Shown one piece after another: positions 12,474 to 24,320 of a stretch of DNA of 46,489 nt. Numbering within the stretch: the stretch's first letter is position 1; each line of letters starts with the position of its first letter. Below the pieces are notes generated by a model. That model did not search any database. It saw nothing but the letters and a program-made list of their open reading frames with translations, and was not told the origin of the DNA. The translations under genes and the position numbers were made by a program. Source of the stretch: Proteromonas lacertae (lineage: Eukaryota); the NCBI GenBank assembly GCA_002245135.1, contig NGBS01001180.1:62001-108489 (forward strand), read 5' to 3'.

Positions 12474-13874
12474 ATGCTATTTATTACTTTTGTATTTATA
12501 ATAATTCTAATTGAATTTATTTCAGTAAAGAAAACAGACTCATCTTGCATATTTTTATTTCATCCATGTGCAAAAATAATATTAATTGAAGCTTCTCAGC
12601 ATAACATTGTTATTGTTACAGCAGTATCTATAAAATACAAAATTCAAATCAAAAACTTCTGGTTATCTTCTGCTATTCCAAATAATTTGGTTAGAATTAT
12701 ATTTATTGCTAGCGATTATAATACTTATAATTTATGCAAATCATTTACAAAATATGTATTAATGAGTAATACTATAGTAAATCAAACTCAAGATGTACAA
12801 TTTATGAGTAATGATCATTTAAAAATAACGCTATCTAGATTAGGAATGATTCATCATATACTTGCTTTAGGATTCTCAGTTTTAGTTACTGATTTAGATA
12901 TATATTTCTATAAAAATCCTATTTCATATATAACACAATATTCTGAAGATATTGTTGCATCAATTGATGTTCCTTCTGTTATTAATGTAGGCTTTTAGTA
13001 TATTAAATCATTTAGTACATGTTTATAGCTTAATAAGAAGTAATAACAGGACTATATTTTTTTATAAGCATTTGATTGATAATCCTAAGGTAAAAAAAGG
13101 TGAAATGCTATTTGAACAAGGTTACATACAAAATGAATTAAAAAAGTTTTCTGGAAAATTATCACTAAAAGAATTACCACTAAATAAATTTCCATCAGGT
13201 TGCATTTATATTAAGAGATTATTTAATATATTTTATGACGAAATGAAAAGTATCTAGTATTATATTGAATTATAGAAAATAATAATTACGTTATGGTACA
13301 TTTTAATTGTATTGTTTCATATAAGAGCAAAATATTCAAGCAAAAAGAACTTTTAATGTTTTATATTGATGATAATAATTACTATTCTTCATTAGTTAAT
13401 AAATATATAAAAATTGAGTATGATTATATAAATCAAGATATAAATTATGATAAAAATATTGTCATTTTAGGGTTTACTCTAGGAATTAAAACAAATAGAA
13501 TTTTTATATTACCAAAATTTAGTTGTAATAAATCATTAAGATTTAAAAAGAATAGAAATAATAATTGTTCATATGATGAAGTATTTGATATTGACTTACT
13601 TGATAACTATTTGAGTAATAAATATAGAGAAAATGTATATATATTTTATAATGTATAATAGCAATTTTTGTATAATAAATTAGTTCCTGATGAAATAAAA
13701 TCTTCACAAATGAATGTAAATTTGAGTAGAATCAATTCAATGAATGATTTGATCAGAAAAATTAAGCATTACAAGTCAAAAGTGATTAGACTATATATAA
13801 ATCAAGCAGAAATTAATATTACTGATATAGAAGAGAGAGTATCTAAGGGTGTTAGAATAAAAGAAAAAGACTAA
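12474..13874 (+). CDS. Nucleotide-diphospho-sugar transferase (GT77-like); introns 12998-13028, 13250-13275, 13635-13661
   Basis: Three GT-AG introns (31, 26, 27 nt) join four ORFs in frame and create NVGFYLIRSNNRT; VTDLDIYFYKNP, FEQG, FPSG, VHFN motifs. Confidence 0.85.
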
Positions 13875-13923
13875 ATATTTATTTTATTTTCATTCCATAT
13901 AGTAAAATTAATAAATATATGAT

Positions 13924-14739
13924 ATGTTTTATTTTATCATTAAATTTCTTTTAATTATAATTTTATTTTTATTTTTACTTTCCTATTATAAGCAAAATAA
14001 TATTCAAAAGATAAAAAAAGAAATGAATATTGAAAAAATTCAACGAGAAGTATTATATCTCGAGTTTTCAATAGTTGGAAAAAATTCTCCTTTTAATAAT
14101 TTCTATAAGAATAATGAGTTTACTGTACTATCTTATTTAAGATTTAAAAACATTAGAACAATTACAGAAAGAATAATTAATAATAACATAGAAGGAGATA
14201 TACTTGAGGCTGGTAATTGGAGAGGTGGAGGTATGTTATATGCAAAAGGCATATTAAAAGCAAATGGAATTAATGATAAAGATGTATGGCTTTTTGATAC
14301 ATTTTCAGGATTTCCAAATAATACTATTATAACTGATCAAAAAGAAATAAAACTAATTAAAGGAACAGAATCAGATAGACTTAGATTAAATTCTGTTGAA
14401 AAAGTGAAACAACTATTTAAAGTATATAATCTAAGCACAGGAGTACATTTTATTGCAGGATTATTCGAAAATACAATTCCTAAAGCTACTATACCAAAAT
14501 TATCATATATTAGATTAGATGCTGATAATTATATAAATACTAAGTTTTTATTAGAAAACTTATATGATAGATTGAATAAAAACGGAATTATAGAATTTGA
14601 TGATTACGGATATTTTTCTGGATGCAAGAAAGCAGTAGATGAATTTAGAGTTAAAAAAAATATACATAGCGATATAATATATGAATATGAACATCCAGGG
14701 AAAGACAAATATTACGAAGCAATTTACTGGATAAAATAA
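13924..14739 (+). CDS. TylF/MycF/NovP-family sugar O-methyltransferase with N-terminal anchor
   Basis: GDILEAGNWRGG, WLFDTFSGFP, GLFENTIP, IRLDADNY, FDDYG, GCKKAVDEFR. Confidence 0.9.
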   Translation: MFYFIIKFLLIIILFLFLLSYYKQNNIQKIKKEMNIEKIQREVLYLEFSIVGKNSPFNNFYKNNEFTVLSYLRFKNIRTITERIINNNIEGDILEAGNWRGGGMLYAKGILKANGINDKDVWLFDTFSGFPNNTIITDQKEIKLIKGTESDRLRLNSVEKVKQLFKVYNLSTGVHFIAGLFENTIPKATIPKLSYIRLDADNYINTKFLLENLYDRLNKNGIIEFDDYGYFSGCKKAVDEFRVKKNIHSDIIYEYEHPGKDKYYEAIYWIK

Positions 14740-14816
14740 TTATAGAATTAATATATAACCATTACTTCTATAAAAAATAATAACAAAGTAGAGTATTAAT
14801 TTAGTTATTTTAATAA

Positions 14817-15977
14817 CAGTGTTGTATTTTTCGGTCAAAAAATATTGGTTTACCTATAGGTCAAAACCTATATCTTTAGCTTGACCTTTACCTTCCTTAT
14901 ACTAACTATTAGTTGACCTCCTATTGAACATGAGTTAACAAGCATATAATCTAACCATATATACAAAATTAATTTTTAATACATCATCTTTCAAATATCA
15001 AATTTGACCGTCGGTCGATGCACTTTTTATATTACTATTATTTTGATCTATTTCTCAATGATGAATCACAATAACATATAATTAACATAATATTAAATTA
15101 ATTATAGAATAAAAAAAATAAAAGAAAAAAACATCAAGCTTGATGGTTTGACTAAGTTAATCTTTATTTTTTAAGATTTAGATCATTTAAATGTATAATT
15201 ACTCAATATTTATAAGACTTTATAATATATGAAACTATAGGGATATCACATTACCCCCTATCGCATCAAAAGAGTTGTGATTTTATTCAATTGCTGTATG
15301 TTAGAGAAGTAACATTTTAACTACTTCAAAATGTATTGGAAAACGTGATTAAAATAATATATTCAGATTATTACATATGGTAAAAGCCAAAGTGAATTCA
15401 GATTCTGTCAACAAAGATCTATGTAAATTCATAACCTTCAAGGCAGTCAGTACCACAATATTAGACTCGCCAGAATTTAGAAGGTTTTGCTTCAAACTAG
15501 GATATATTATACCTCTAAGAGATTTTTATAATGCTTATTTATTTTCAGAAACTGAGAAAGTAAGAGACTAATTGAAGACAAATCATTAATATTCAGAAAT
15601 AGAGATTTATTATTATAATTACATTAATATTTGTTTTTTAGAGATAGTAATCAATATAAATTAATCATCAAAATAATAAGTTGTTTATAAATATGTTAAA
15701 TATCACTATTGAGTAGTTTGTAGATGAATTTTAATATATTAGTATAGATATTTATACAAATTCAACCAATCTTAGTCACAACTATAGTAACTAAAGTAAA
15801 ACAATAAGCAGAAATAATATTTTATATAGTATGATAGTTTGTATAAAACAAATGTTACTCAGTATGTAATTAAAATAGATTTTAACAAAATAATACTCGA
15901 GGTTTGACCGACCAACGGTCAAAGCTAGATTATAGGTTTTACCTAAAACCTATAGGTTACCTATTTATACAACCCTG
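14817..15977 (+). mobile_element. Non-autonomous hAT DNA transposon
   Basis: Ends CAGTGTTGTAT...ATACAACCCTG, 8-bp TSD TTTAATAA on both sides, GGTCA/TGACC subterminal repeats, transposase fragment at 15377-15571. Confidence 0.85.
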
Positions 15978-16022
15978 TTTAATAATATCTAATATATCTC
16001 CTATCAACAATAACCATTCTTT

Positions 16023-16896
16023 ATACTCAAGTTTAAGAATATACAGTACTTCAACTTTTTAATATATCTTTCATGCTTATTATATTTCTATTTTATTTAC
16101 AGATTTAAAAAGAAATTACAGTTAAAAATAGAAAAACTAAAATCAATAATTTCCCCTTCAATAATAAATGAGCAATATTATTATTTTGCAAAAACAAAAT
16201 ATCGAAATATTTCATTTCTTCAATATGTAAGAAGTAATGATATAATATCAAATCATATAAAGAAATATGGAAGATGGGATGAATGTCAAAAAATATTTGA
16301 TTTATGGAATTCTAGCACAAGAAGAGGTATCTTTCTTGATTTAGGAGCTAATATTGGATCATGTTCTTTTCTATTTGCTCAAGTAGGAGTGAAAGTAATA
16401 GCATTTGAACCTTTACCAAATAATTTATTTCCATTTACTGTCACAACTTTTACCAATCCACTCTTTAATAAACACATAATAATTTATCCTTATGCATTAG
16501 GAAAAGAAGAAAAAAATCAAATTATATATATATATATTAAAGAATAATTGGGGAGCATCTTCTATGTATTATAGCTTTCCTGATTATAATCAAACAATTC
16601 GTGTAATGAAATTGGATGATTTTATTGACATTATTCCATATAATATATCTATGACCAAAATAGATGTAGAAGGTGGTGAATATGATTTATTAAAAGGAGG
16701 AGGTAATTTCTTTAAATCTCATCGTTCTGAGTATATATATATAGAGGCATCATGTGGTAATGTAAATGACAATGGTAAGTTTGAAATAGAAAAACTGTAT
16801 AAACATTTATCAATACTAGGTTATGATGTTATCGAAAAAATAAAATGCAAAATAAATAAAGTAGACAATATTATTGTTAAATCAAAACTTCCTTGA
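16023..16896 (+). pseudogene. FkbM-family methyltransferase, frameshifted in an (AT)n tract at about 16521-16537
   Basis: First frame: TM, FLDLGANIG, VIAFEPLPNN, YPYALG; second frame: NNWGASS, KLDD, KIDVEGGEYDLLKG; no in-frame ATG found at the 5' end. Confidence 0.8.
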
Positions 16897-17225
16897 AAAT
16901 ATCTCAAAGTAATATAAATGGAAGAGATTGAAATATATAATTATCTTAGGTCAGTAAAACCTATCTGTTGTAGGTTTTGAAAACTATACTGACCGATAGT
17001 GACCCTAGCAACTATTAGCTGACTTGTTTTGTAGTATGTCTTTCTAATCATAAAGTCGTGTAGATAAACAAAATATAAACCTGTTCTTGTAATTTGATTT
17101 TATACTATAGATTGCTTAGTTTAAATTAAAGTATTCCTTGCGAAGTTCAAAATTGAAAGTCACTTTAAGATTCTTCTGTGTTAACGAACACTTCTGATAG
17201 AAGGAGAAGACATCTAAGTTCAGGA

Positions 17226-19013
17226 ATGAAACATAGATATGATATTCAAGGATTGCGAGGAATTGCTGTATTATTTGTGCTTTTTTATCATTTGTTTCCA
17301 AGTAAAATCACAGGAGGATTTATAGGTGTTGATATATTCTTTTCTATATCCGGCTATTTAGTCTGTGAATCAGTGGAAAAAAGGATTAAAGATAAAGGTT
17401 CCAATTTTTTAATTAAATTCTATGCTGATCGAATAAAAAGATTATATCCAGCTTCATTTTTTACAATTCTGCTAGTTACATTTTATTCATATAAATATGA
17501 TTTAACTAATTTTAGTTATTACAAATATGATGCTATAGCTTGTCTTGTTGTATGTGCGAATTATTATTTCTATTTTAATAAAATAGATTACTTTCATAAT
17601 GGATTAAATGATAGTCCTCTTTTACATTACTGGTCATTGTCATTAGAAGAACAATTTTATTTAATTTCACCATTTATTATTTGGATATTACAAAATTACA
17701 TTTTTATGTTATATATTATATCGTCATTTATTTCAATAGGAATAAGCGTCAATTATGGCTTTAAAGACAAACATAAAGGATATTTCTTTCTATCAAGTCG
17801 TTCATGGGAATTTTTATTATCTGCTTTAATGAAATTTGTTCCAATTACGAATATTTATAAGATGATAATAAATCCTGATATTTCAATTATTTTATTGATT
17901 TTGATGTCATTTTTTTACAATGATAAATTATCTTACCCTAGCTATAATGCTTGTCTTCCTATATTTTCAAGTTTAATAATAATAATATCTAATAATAGTA
18001 ACAGTATACTAGTGAATTATATGCTGTGCATTATTGGAAATACCTCATATACAATTTATCTTATTCATTATCCTCTATTAAAAATAGTCACTAACTCATT
18101 CACAAATTATATTATTGTAATGACATTTACTGTTATTCTATTACATAATTATATTGAATTACAATTTTATAAAGGATATTTTATTCTTAATACCTCATCA
18201 GTATATTTATTAGCGCTAAGTTCGACAATATTATCATTTAAATTAATAACTGTTTTAGATTATAAATCAAAAATAAAATTAAAGAGCGTAAAACATATTA
18301 CTACAGCTGATCTACTAAACAAACTTAGATTTCATCTTTTTAATTATTGCCTTTTGAATAATAATTCAAAAATATATAAATCATCTTTGTTGTTTATTGG
18401 TGATTCACATATTCAACAGTATATAATTGCATTATTACATGGTAAATATAAATATCAATATCAGTTACTTCATATTTATATTCATAGACATGCATATAAT
18501 AATATAATAAAAACAAGTGATTTATCAATTATTATAAAAAGTCATAATTTTAGTCTTTGTGTTATTGGAAATTATATTGATGAGCAAATTGAGCTTTCTA
18601 ATATGTATAATACCATATATAATATCACTTTAATGTGTAACAAAGTATTACTTAGTGATGATAATCCCAGGCATTTAACAGATCCTAATTCTTGTTTAAA
18701 ACCAAACAAAGAAGATTGTTATAATCAGTTAAATTCTACTTGTATATTACCAAAGCCATATGTTAAACTAAATTGCAAAAAAATAGAGAATGTAAAGTTT
18801 TGGGATGATAGAATTATAAATAAAAAGAAATGCTATTTTTATTATAATAATCAACCAATTTATGCTGACAATAATCACTTTAGCATAAACTATTTAATAA
18901 TTCTCAAAAAACGAATAGAAAAAATAATATCACGATATTTTTATTATAATAGTATATATAAGTATAATGATAAATGTAGCTATTATATTATGTTAAAAAT
19001 AGATCATAAATAG
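17226..19013 (+). CDS. OafA/OatA-like O-acyltransferase (acyltransferase_3 fused to SGNH domain)
   Basis: RYDIQGLRGIAV, GGFIGVDIFFSISGYL, RIKRLYP, LLHYWSLSLEEQFY, IGNTSYTIYLIHYP, IGDSH, YADNNH; ATG at 17226. Confidence 0.92.
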   Translation: MKHRYDIQGLRGIAVLFVLFYHLFPSKITGGFIGVDIFFSISGYLVCESVEKRIKDKGSNFLIKFYADRIKRLYPASFFTILLVTFYSYKYDLTNFSYYKYDAIACLVVCANYYFYFNKIDYFHNGLNDSPLLHYWSLSLEEQFYLISPFIIWILQNYIFMLYIISSFISIGISVNYGFKDKHKGYFFLSSRSWEFLLSALMKFVPITNIYKMIINPDISIILLILMSFFYNDKLSYPSYNACLPIFSSLIIIISNNSNSILVNYMLCIIGNTSYTIYLIHYPLLKIVTNSFTNYIIVMTFTVILLHNYIELQFYKGYFILNTSSVYLLALSSTILSFKLITVLDYKSKIKLKSVKHITTADLLNKLRFHLFNYCLLNNNSKIYKSSLLFIGDSHIQQYIIALLHGKYKYQYQLLHIYIHRHAYNNIIKTSDLSIIIKSHNFSLCVIGNYIDEQIELSNMYNTIYNITLMCNKVLLSDDNPRHLTDPNSCLKPNKEDCYNQLNSTCILPKPYVKLNCKKIENVKFWDDRIINKKKCYFYYNNQPIYADNNHFSINYLIILKKRIEKIISRYFYYNSIYKYNDKCSYYIMLKIDHK

Positions 19014-19081
19014 AACTTTATTAATAATCATAATGTTAGAAATTACTTATATCTATAGATTATTTTATTATTATTATCAAT

Positions 19082-19802
19082 TTATTTAAGAATAAATGTA
19101 TTTATGTTACAATCAGGAGGATAAGATACATCTAATACTCCAAATAAAATAACCCATAAATATTCCATATAGATAGCTGAAAATTTATTTTTACCATATT
19201 GAATAACATAATTTTTTAATCCTTTCCTTATATTTATATATAATTCTCTTGGATAAGCTGTTATTTTCATTTTATCAACTACAAATGTCGTACAACAAGG
19301 AAATATATATTTATTTAGAGATAATATTTGGATTGATAAGTTTAAATAGTTATGGTATCTCATATATTGATCAATTTCGTAAGCTTGTTTAATGTATATA
19401 TCTCTATCATATGAGTTATTACATCCAAATTGCATATATACACAATAGATACCTCCAAATGCTGTTCCTTCTAAGTAATTTGTATTCTTAAGATAGTTTA
19501 GTCGATTATATATATTTTGTGGGTAATGCCATGACTTAACATGATCATGCAAAAAAATGTATTTATTATTACTATTAATGTCATATTGGTTTATTATAAA
19601 ATCTAGCATCATGCCACCTTCATATGAATCTATATGCTTTGTACTTTCATTACAATACAAAATAGCTACTTTATAAAATAGTAATGAAATATCAATATTT
19701 AGCTTTTTATTATTATTACATGAAGAAATTACTAAAATCATTCTGTTATACTTATTAGATAGTAACGAAAATAATAGAAAATATTATTATGTAATCTTTC
19801 AT
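19082..19802 (-). CDS. DUF3431-family protein; 5' anchor segment out of frame, possibly a pseudogene
   Basis: YEGG, YIFLHDHVKSWH, PCCTTFVV, MEYLWVILFG; the upstream ATG at 19802 opens a hydrophobic stretch that hits stops before the main ORF. Confidence 0.65.
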
Positions 19803-20118
19803 TTTACAAATTCATTTACTTATATCATTCTGTTAAATCATTTCATCTGATATATCCTAAATTAGTAAATTCACATCATTTTCCTGTTTGCAATTTCTTT
19901 TATCATAATAAAATTATTATAAAAATCTACTTGTATAGGAAATTATTTTTCTCCTAACATATAATTATCTTTAATAATTTTACCAAGTTTCCAAGTTTCC
20001 AAGAAAATCCAACTATTAACCTAACTTGTATTCCATATTCCAAAATATCATCTAATCTTTTTTCCCAATTAATAAGACCATTCTTTGTAGCATCTTGCAC
20101 TTCCTCTCTAATTGTTTC

Positions 20119-20693
20119 TGTTGTGCGCCGTTTGTCATAGTTGGCCGTTTGTCTACCAGACACTTTCAAAACAAACTAAATGTATATTCTTACTTCTCTT
20201 GATGAAAAATTGTTGCTTTTATACTAACTTTGTTATATGACCTACCTCTGCAGTTTACTTTTTGTTAATATAAATAGTTTGAATATTTGCGCAGTTTGTT
20301 TTCTAGAAATTTTTGAATCAAACTAAATGCATATTTAGCTAATATAGACTAAAATACATTAGCTGAAATGATTTGAATATAATAATTATTATATAAAAAG
20401 AAATGTAAAAGTAGGCTTGAGAGAGGTTGATTCAATATTTTCTTTTATTATTTTAAATGTCTTATGATCAACATTAAGTTGTTCTAATTATTTCAGCTTA
20501 TTTTAGTCTATATTAGTTAAATATGCATTTAGTTTGCTTCAAATATTTCTAGAAAACAAATGGCGCAAATATTCAAACTATTTATATTAACAAAAAGTAA
20601 ACTGCAGAGGTAGGTCATATAACAAAGTAAGTATGAAAGTAGCAATTTTTCATCAAGAGACGTAGGAATATACATTTAGTTTGTTTAACAACA
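20119..20693. mobile_element. Foldback/MITE-like element with about 210-bp inverted arms (20169-~20377 and ~20482-20686)
   Basis: Arms are clear reverse complements (e.g. TATGACCTACCTCTGCAGTTTAC / GTAAACTGCAGAGGTAGGTCATA); outer TGTTGT...ACAACA; no TSD seen. Confidence 0.75.
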
Positions 20694-20756
20694 TAATAGT
20701 CTTTACTTTGATTGAGGATTCATCTATTATATAATAATAATATACTTTATAATACA
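20694..20756 (+). repeat. About 63-bp direct copy of 22686-22749 (5' end of the Ulp1-like gene)
   Basis: TAATAGTCTTT.CTTTGATTGAGGATTCATCTATTA.ATAATAATA...CTTTATAAT present at both sites. Confidence 0.85.
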
Positions 20757-21380
20757 TGTTGTTCCCCGTTGAGTACAACTCCCCGTTGAGCAATTAGAGA
20801 CTTTAGAAACAAACTAATTACATAATGTTATTACTCATAATGAGTTATGAAGGGATATATATAGGTGGTCATATAACATATACAACATGTCGCGATATCA
20901 ACTATTACACCAATTAGTTCACTTTTATTTCATATTATATATGTACATATTATGCTTATTAATAATATAAATTTTTTTCAAATAATTTCAATTGGATGAT
21001 GAGATAAACAAAAAAATGTGTTGTAAATCCTGAATTTTTTTACCCCCTTAATTATTTTTTTATCGTTAATTTCATAAGTAATTGTTTATATTTTTGTATA
21101 TCTTTTTTAATTATTTCGTAATAAAAAAAAAAAACTATATTATACAATAACTACTCTTTCTTTTGTAATTCACTTTGGTAATGTTATAAATTGTGAGTAA
21201 TTTTTGATATTAATATATAGATAGATGAATTATAGTATGTGTATTACATACACATATTATAAGCTTAATAGGAAATATGAATATGAATTTAAATACTTTT
21301 AATTATTTGTTATTTAAAAGTTAAATTTGCAAAACAAACAAGTTACAATAAACCATTATTATAATGAATTAATATAGATG

Positions 21381-22715
21381 TTAGCATTTGAATCTATAGA
21401 ATGATGGTTTATGCTTTTTATACCAATATAACTTTGCTTTATCATTATTATCCAATGATGCTAAAACCATTTTTAAATCCATTATAAAGTACGATATATT
21501 GAAAGATTCTATATGTTCCACATCTTCTATTTCCATATTCATCTTTCTTATACCTAAAAAGAACAATGCAAAATAACTGCAACTCTTATCACCTTTTTGT
21601 TTTAAGTTCTTTAACTCATAATCTAATGGTATTATTTTACTACATTTATAAGAGATATCGATTTTTTCTGTGTCAAATAATGATGTAATATCAGAGTATA
21701 GATACCTTCTATCTTGAGAGTCGTGAGTATATTCTTTCATTGAATCATGGATATAACATGTAATGGATTCATTCTTTACATATTCCACCTCCCATACTGT
21801 CCAATGATGTTCTCTGCATACTGGAATGAAATAAGTGCCACTATGATGAATGGGGTGATTGGGAGCTTCACTCTGATATAGTACCAATGGATCAATAACA
21901 TGACTATTGTCATTGTTGATGAAATGTAGTAGAAGTGTGAACTCGTCTGTATTTAACTCATAATTAGTATTCATATCACATATTAATTTTTCACATTTAC
22001 TGATGTTTCCAGCCCTTTCTTTACCTTTGTAACAAACAATCTTATCATCATACTGAAATACTTTTCTTATCTTTTTTACAAAGCTTAAACCATGGCTTTC
22101 TTGTTCTTCTTCATAAGTAATTGATGATGTTGATATTTTTGAACAATATGATTTAAAAAATGCCAAGTTCAATAAACATGAATTGGTATTGATTAATGTA
22201 TCTATATATTCTTTAAACAAATCTCCTAATAACCTGAATTGATCTTTATATTTACCAACTTTAATTCTGAGTTTCTCTAAATCTGTTTTATAATTACCTT
22301 TGCTAGATGAGTCAATGACATGAATATACTTTATACCTTTTACTAATGTCTGATACGTTGTATAATACCTACTATCCGACTTAATTATATAAATATCCCT
22401 ATTTTTAGTTGTTATATAAGTACCTCAACCTTCATCATTCTCTAATAATAGATCAAATTGACTTCCATAAGTATATAAATCCAATATAAATCTTACATCT
22501 ATAATATCCAACTGCATTGTTCCAATTTTATTTCTAACAGATTTAACATATTCTAATCGACTTTCTTCTAATGGTGATGATGAATCTAATTTAATATCAA
22601 TTGCTCCTATAGCTATAGTTCCATAGACTGCATTTAACTTTGGCCTATGAACTATTTCATGTAATTGTTACTTATAATCAGGATCTAATAGTCTTTTCTT
22701 TGATTGAGGATTCAT
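21381..22715 (-). pseudogene. Ulp1/CE-clan cysteine protease domain protein with two in-frame stops
   Basis: FIPVCREHHWT, IHDSM, QKGDKSCSYF; the frame extends to ATG 22715 through TAA (22668-22670) and TGA (22425-22427). Confidence 0.75.
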
Positions 22716-22740
22716 CTATTAAATAATAATAATAAACTTT

Positions 22741-24320
22741 ATAATTCATATAATTCATCAGCTTTTCTTTTCATTTTTTCATTTACTTCTTTTGTAACAG
22801 GTATTATTGTAAACGCTGAAGATGTAGTAAGTTTAATTGCTTGGTCATCAATCCTATATAATTATATTAATTTAAATATTAATAGTATACAATCCATATA
22901 AATCTTTAGTTTTTTTATCTTCTTTAATTATTCCTTTCTTGTTGTTATCTGCGTAATTCTTCTTCTTGTCTGTATAGACAATTATATCACCATGTTTAGG
23001 ATTGATATAAGTTATCTTCAGCTTCTTTTCTGATTCATCATGCATATTATCATTATATTCATCTCTTCTTTTACTAATGTAATCTTTTACTTGTTAGAGT
23101 TTATGTTCATTTATCAAAATATCTTTTATGATGTTTTCTATGTTTTTCTTCTCATCATATTTTTCTTTTGTTATTTCTATTACTTCAACTTCATCGTATT
23201 CATCATCATTAAAGTATTCTTTATTATCTTCTTTAGAACAATCACATAATTCATCATGACAAACATTACCATCATCATCACCATCTTCTTCGCCATTTTC
23301 TTTTATAAATAACTTTGGGTTTTCCTTCTTTAATTGTTCAATATCCATATAGAATAAAGATCTAGGCTTAGAATATGTTCTTCTGCGCTTGTGATTGTTT
23401 ATTATTTCAATAATTTTATCAACAAATTCAGTCCAATAAATGCCTTTATTCGATATCATGAATCCTTTTAAAGTGTTTTTCACAACTCGGTTGTACCTTT
23501 CTACCTTTCCATTCGTTTGAGGCCTATAAGGTGCACTATGAACTTCTTCAATTCCATATTCATTGCATAAACTTCTCATCAAATCATTCTTGAATTCAGT
23601 ACCATTATCCATTTGAAGAATCTGAGGAGCACCAAAAATTCTGATATAATTTCGCATATTCTTCACTGTTTCTTCTTTTGTTTTTCTCTTTAATGGATAT
23701 ATAATTGTAAAATTACTGTAATGATCAATCACTGTAAGAATGTAATTAAACTGTTCTTCTTCAGTAACTGTAAATTTCTCATTGATTTTACTCATATTAA
23801 TTAGATCACATAACACTCTTTCGCGTGGATAGCTTGATAGTATCGGTTTTAACGGTTGTTCAACATGAACTTTCTTCAATTCTTTACATCCAGAACATGT
23901 TTTTACGAATACATCTACCATTTCTCTGGTAATACCATAGTACTTCTTTTCATTTACCAAGTAATACAAAGGTTCAATTGTAATGTGACCATTACCTTCG
24001 TGTAATTCTTTTAGTACATCAAACGATTCTTCAGTTTTAATAATCTTCTTTCCTTTAAACAATAACTGCTTTGTCTTTTTGGTAAAGCTTCTACAACGAT
24101 AATTATCTTCTTCTACTTCATTACTACTAGTAGAATGGCTTCTTTTATTTCCTTTCTTTCTCTTTTCTATACCTACAGAATTACTTCTTCTGCGTTCTTT
24201 TCTCTTTTTATCGCCGCTGGAAGAGACTTTTTCTTTAAACAACTTATCAAGTGCTTGATAATAAAGAGGTTTGTGATCGTCCTCAAGTACTTGATCAAGG
24301 TGTAATACTTCAGAAAACCT
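22741..24320 (-). CDS. Retroviral-type (rve) DDE integrase with HHCC zinc finger, Ginger/KRBA2-like; premature TAA at 23094
   Basis: LHEGNGH...CSGC; CDLINM; IDHYS; PQILQMDNGTEF; PYRPQTNGKVERYN; coding-like frame continues past TAA 23094-23096; outer limits approximate. Confidence 0.88.

Noticed and set aside
16945..17030. A third hAT copy
   Set aside because: Only GGTCA/AAAACCTAT/TGACC-like subterminal fragments; no TIR or TSD
19954..20169. 71-aa ORF as a gene
   Set aside because: It starts inside the repeat terminus and has no recognisable motif
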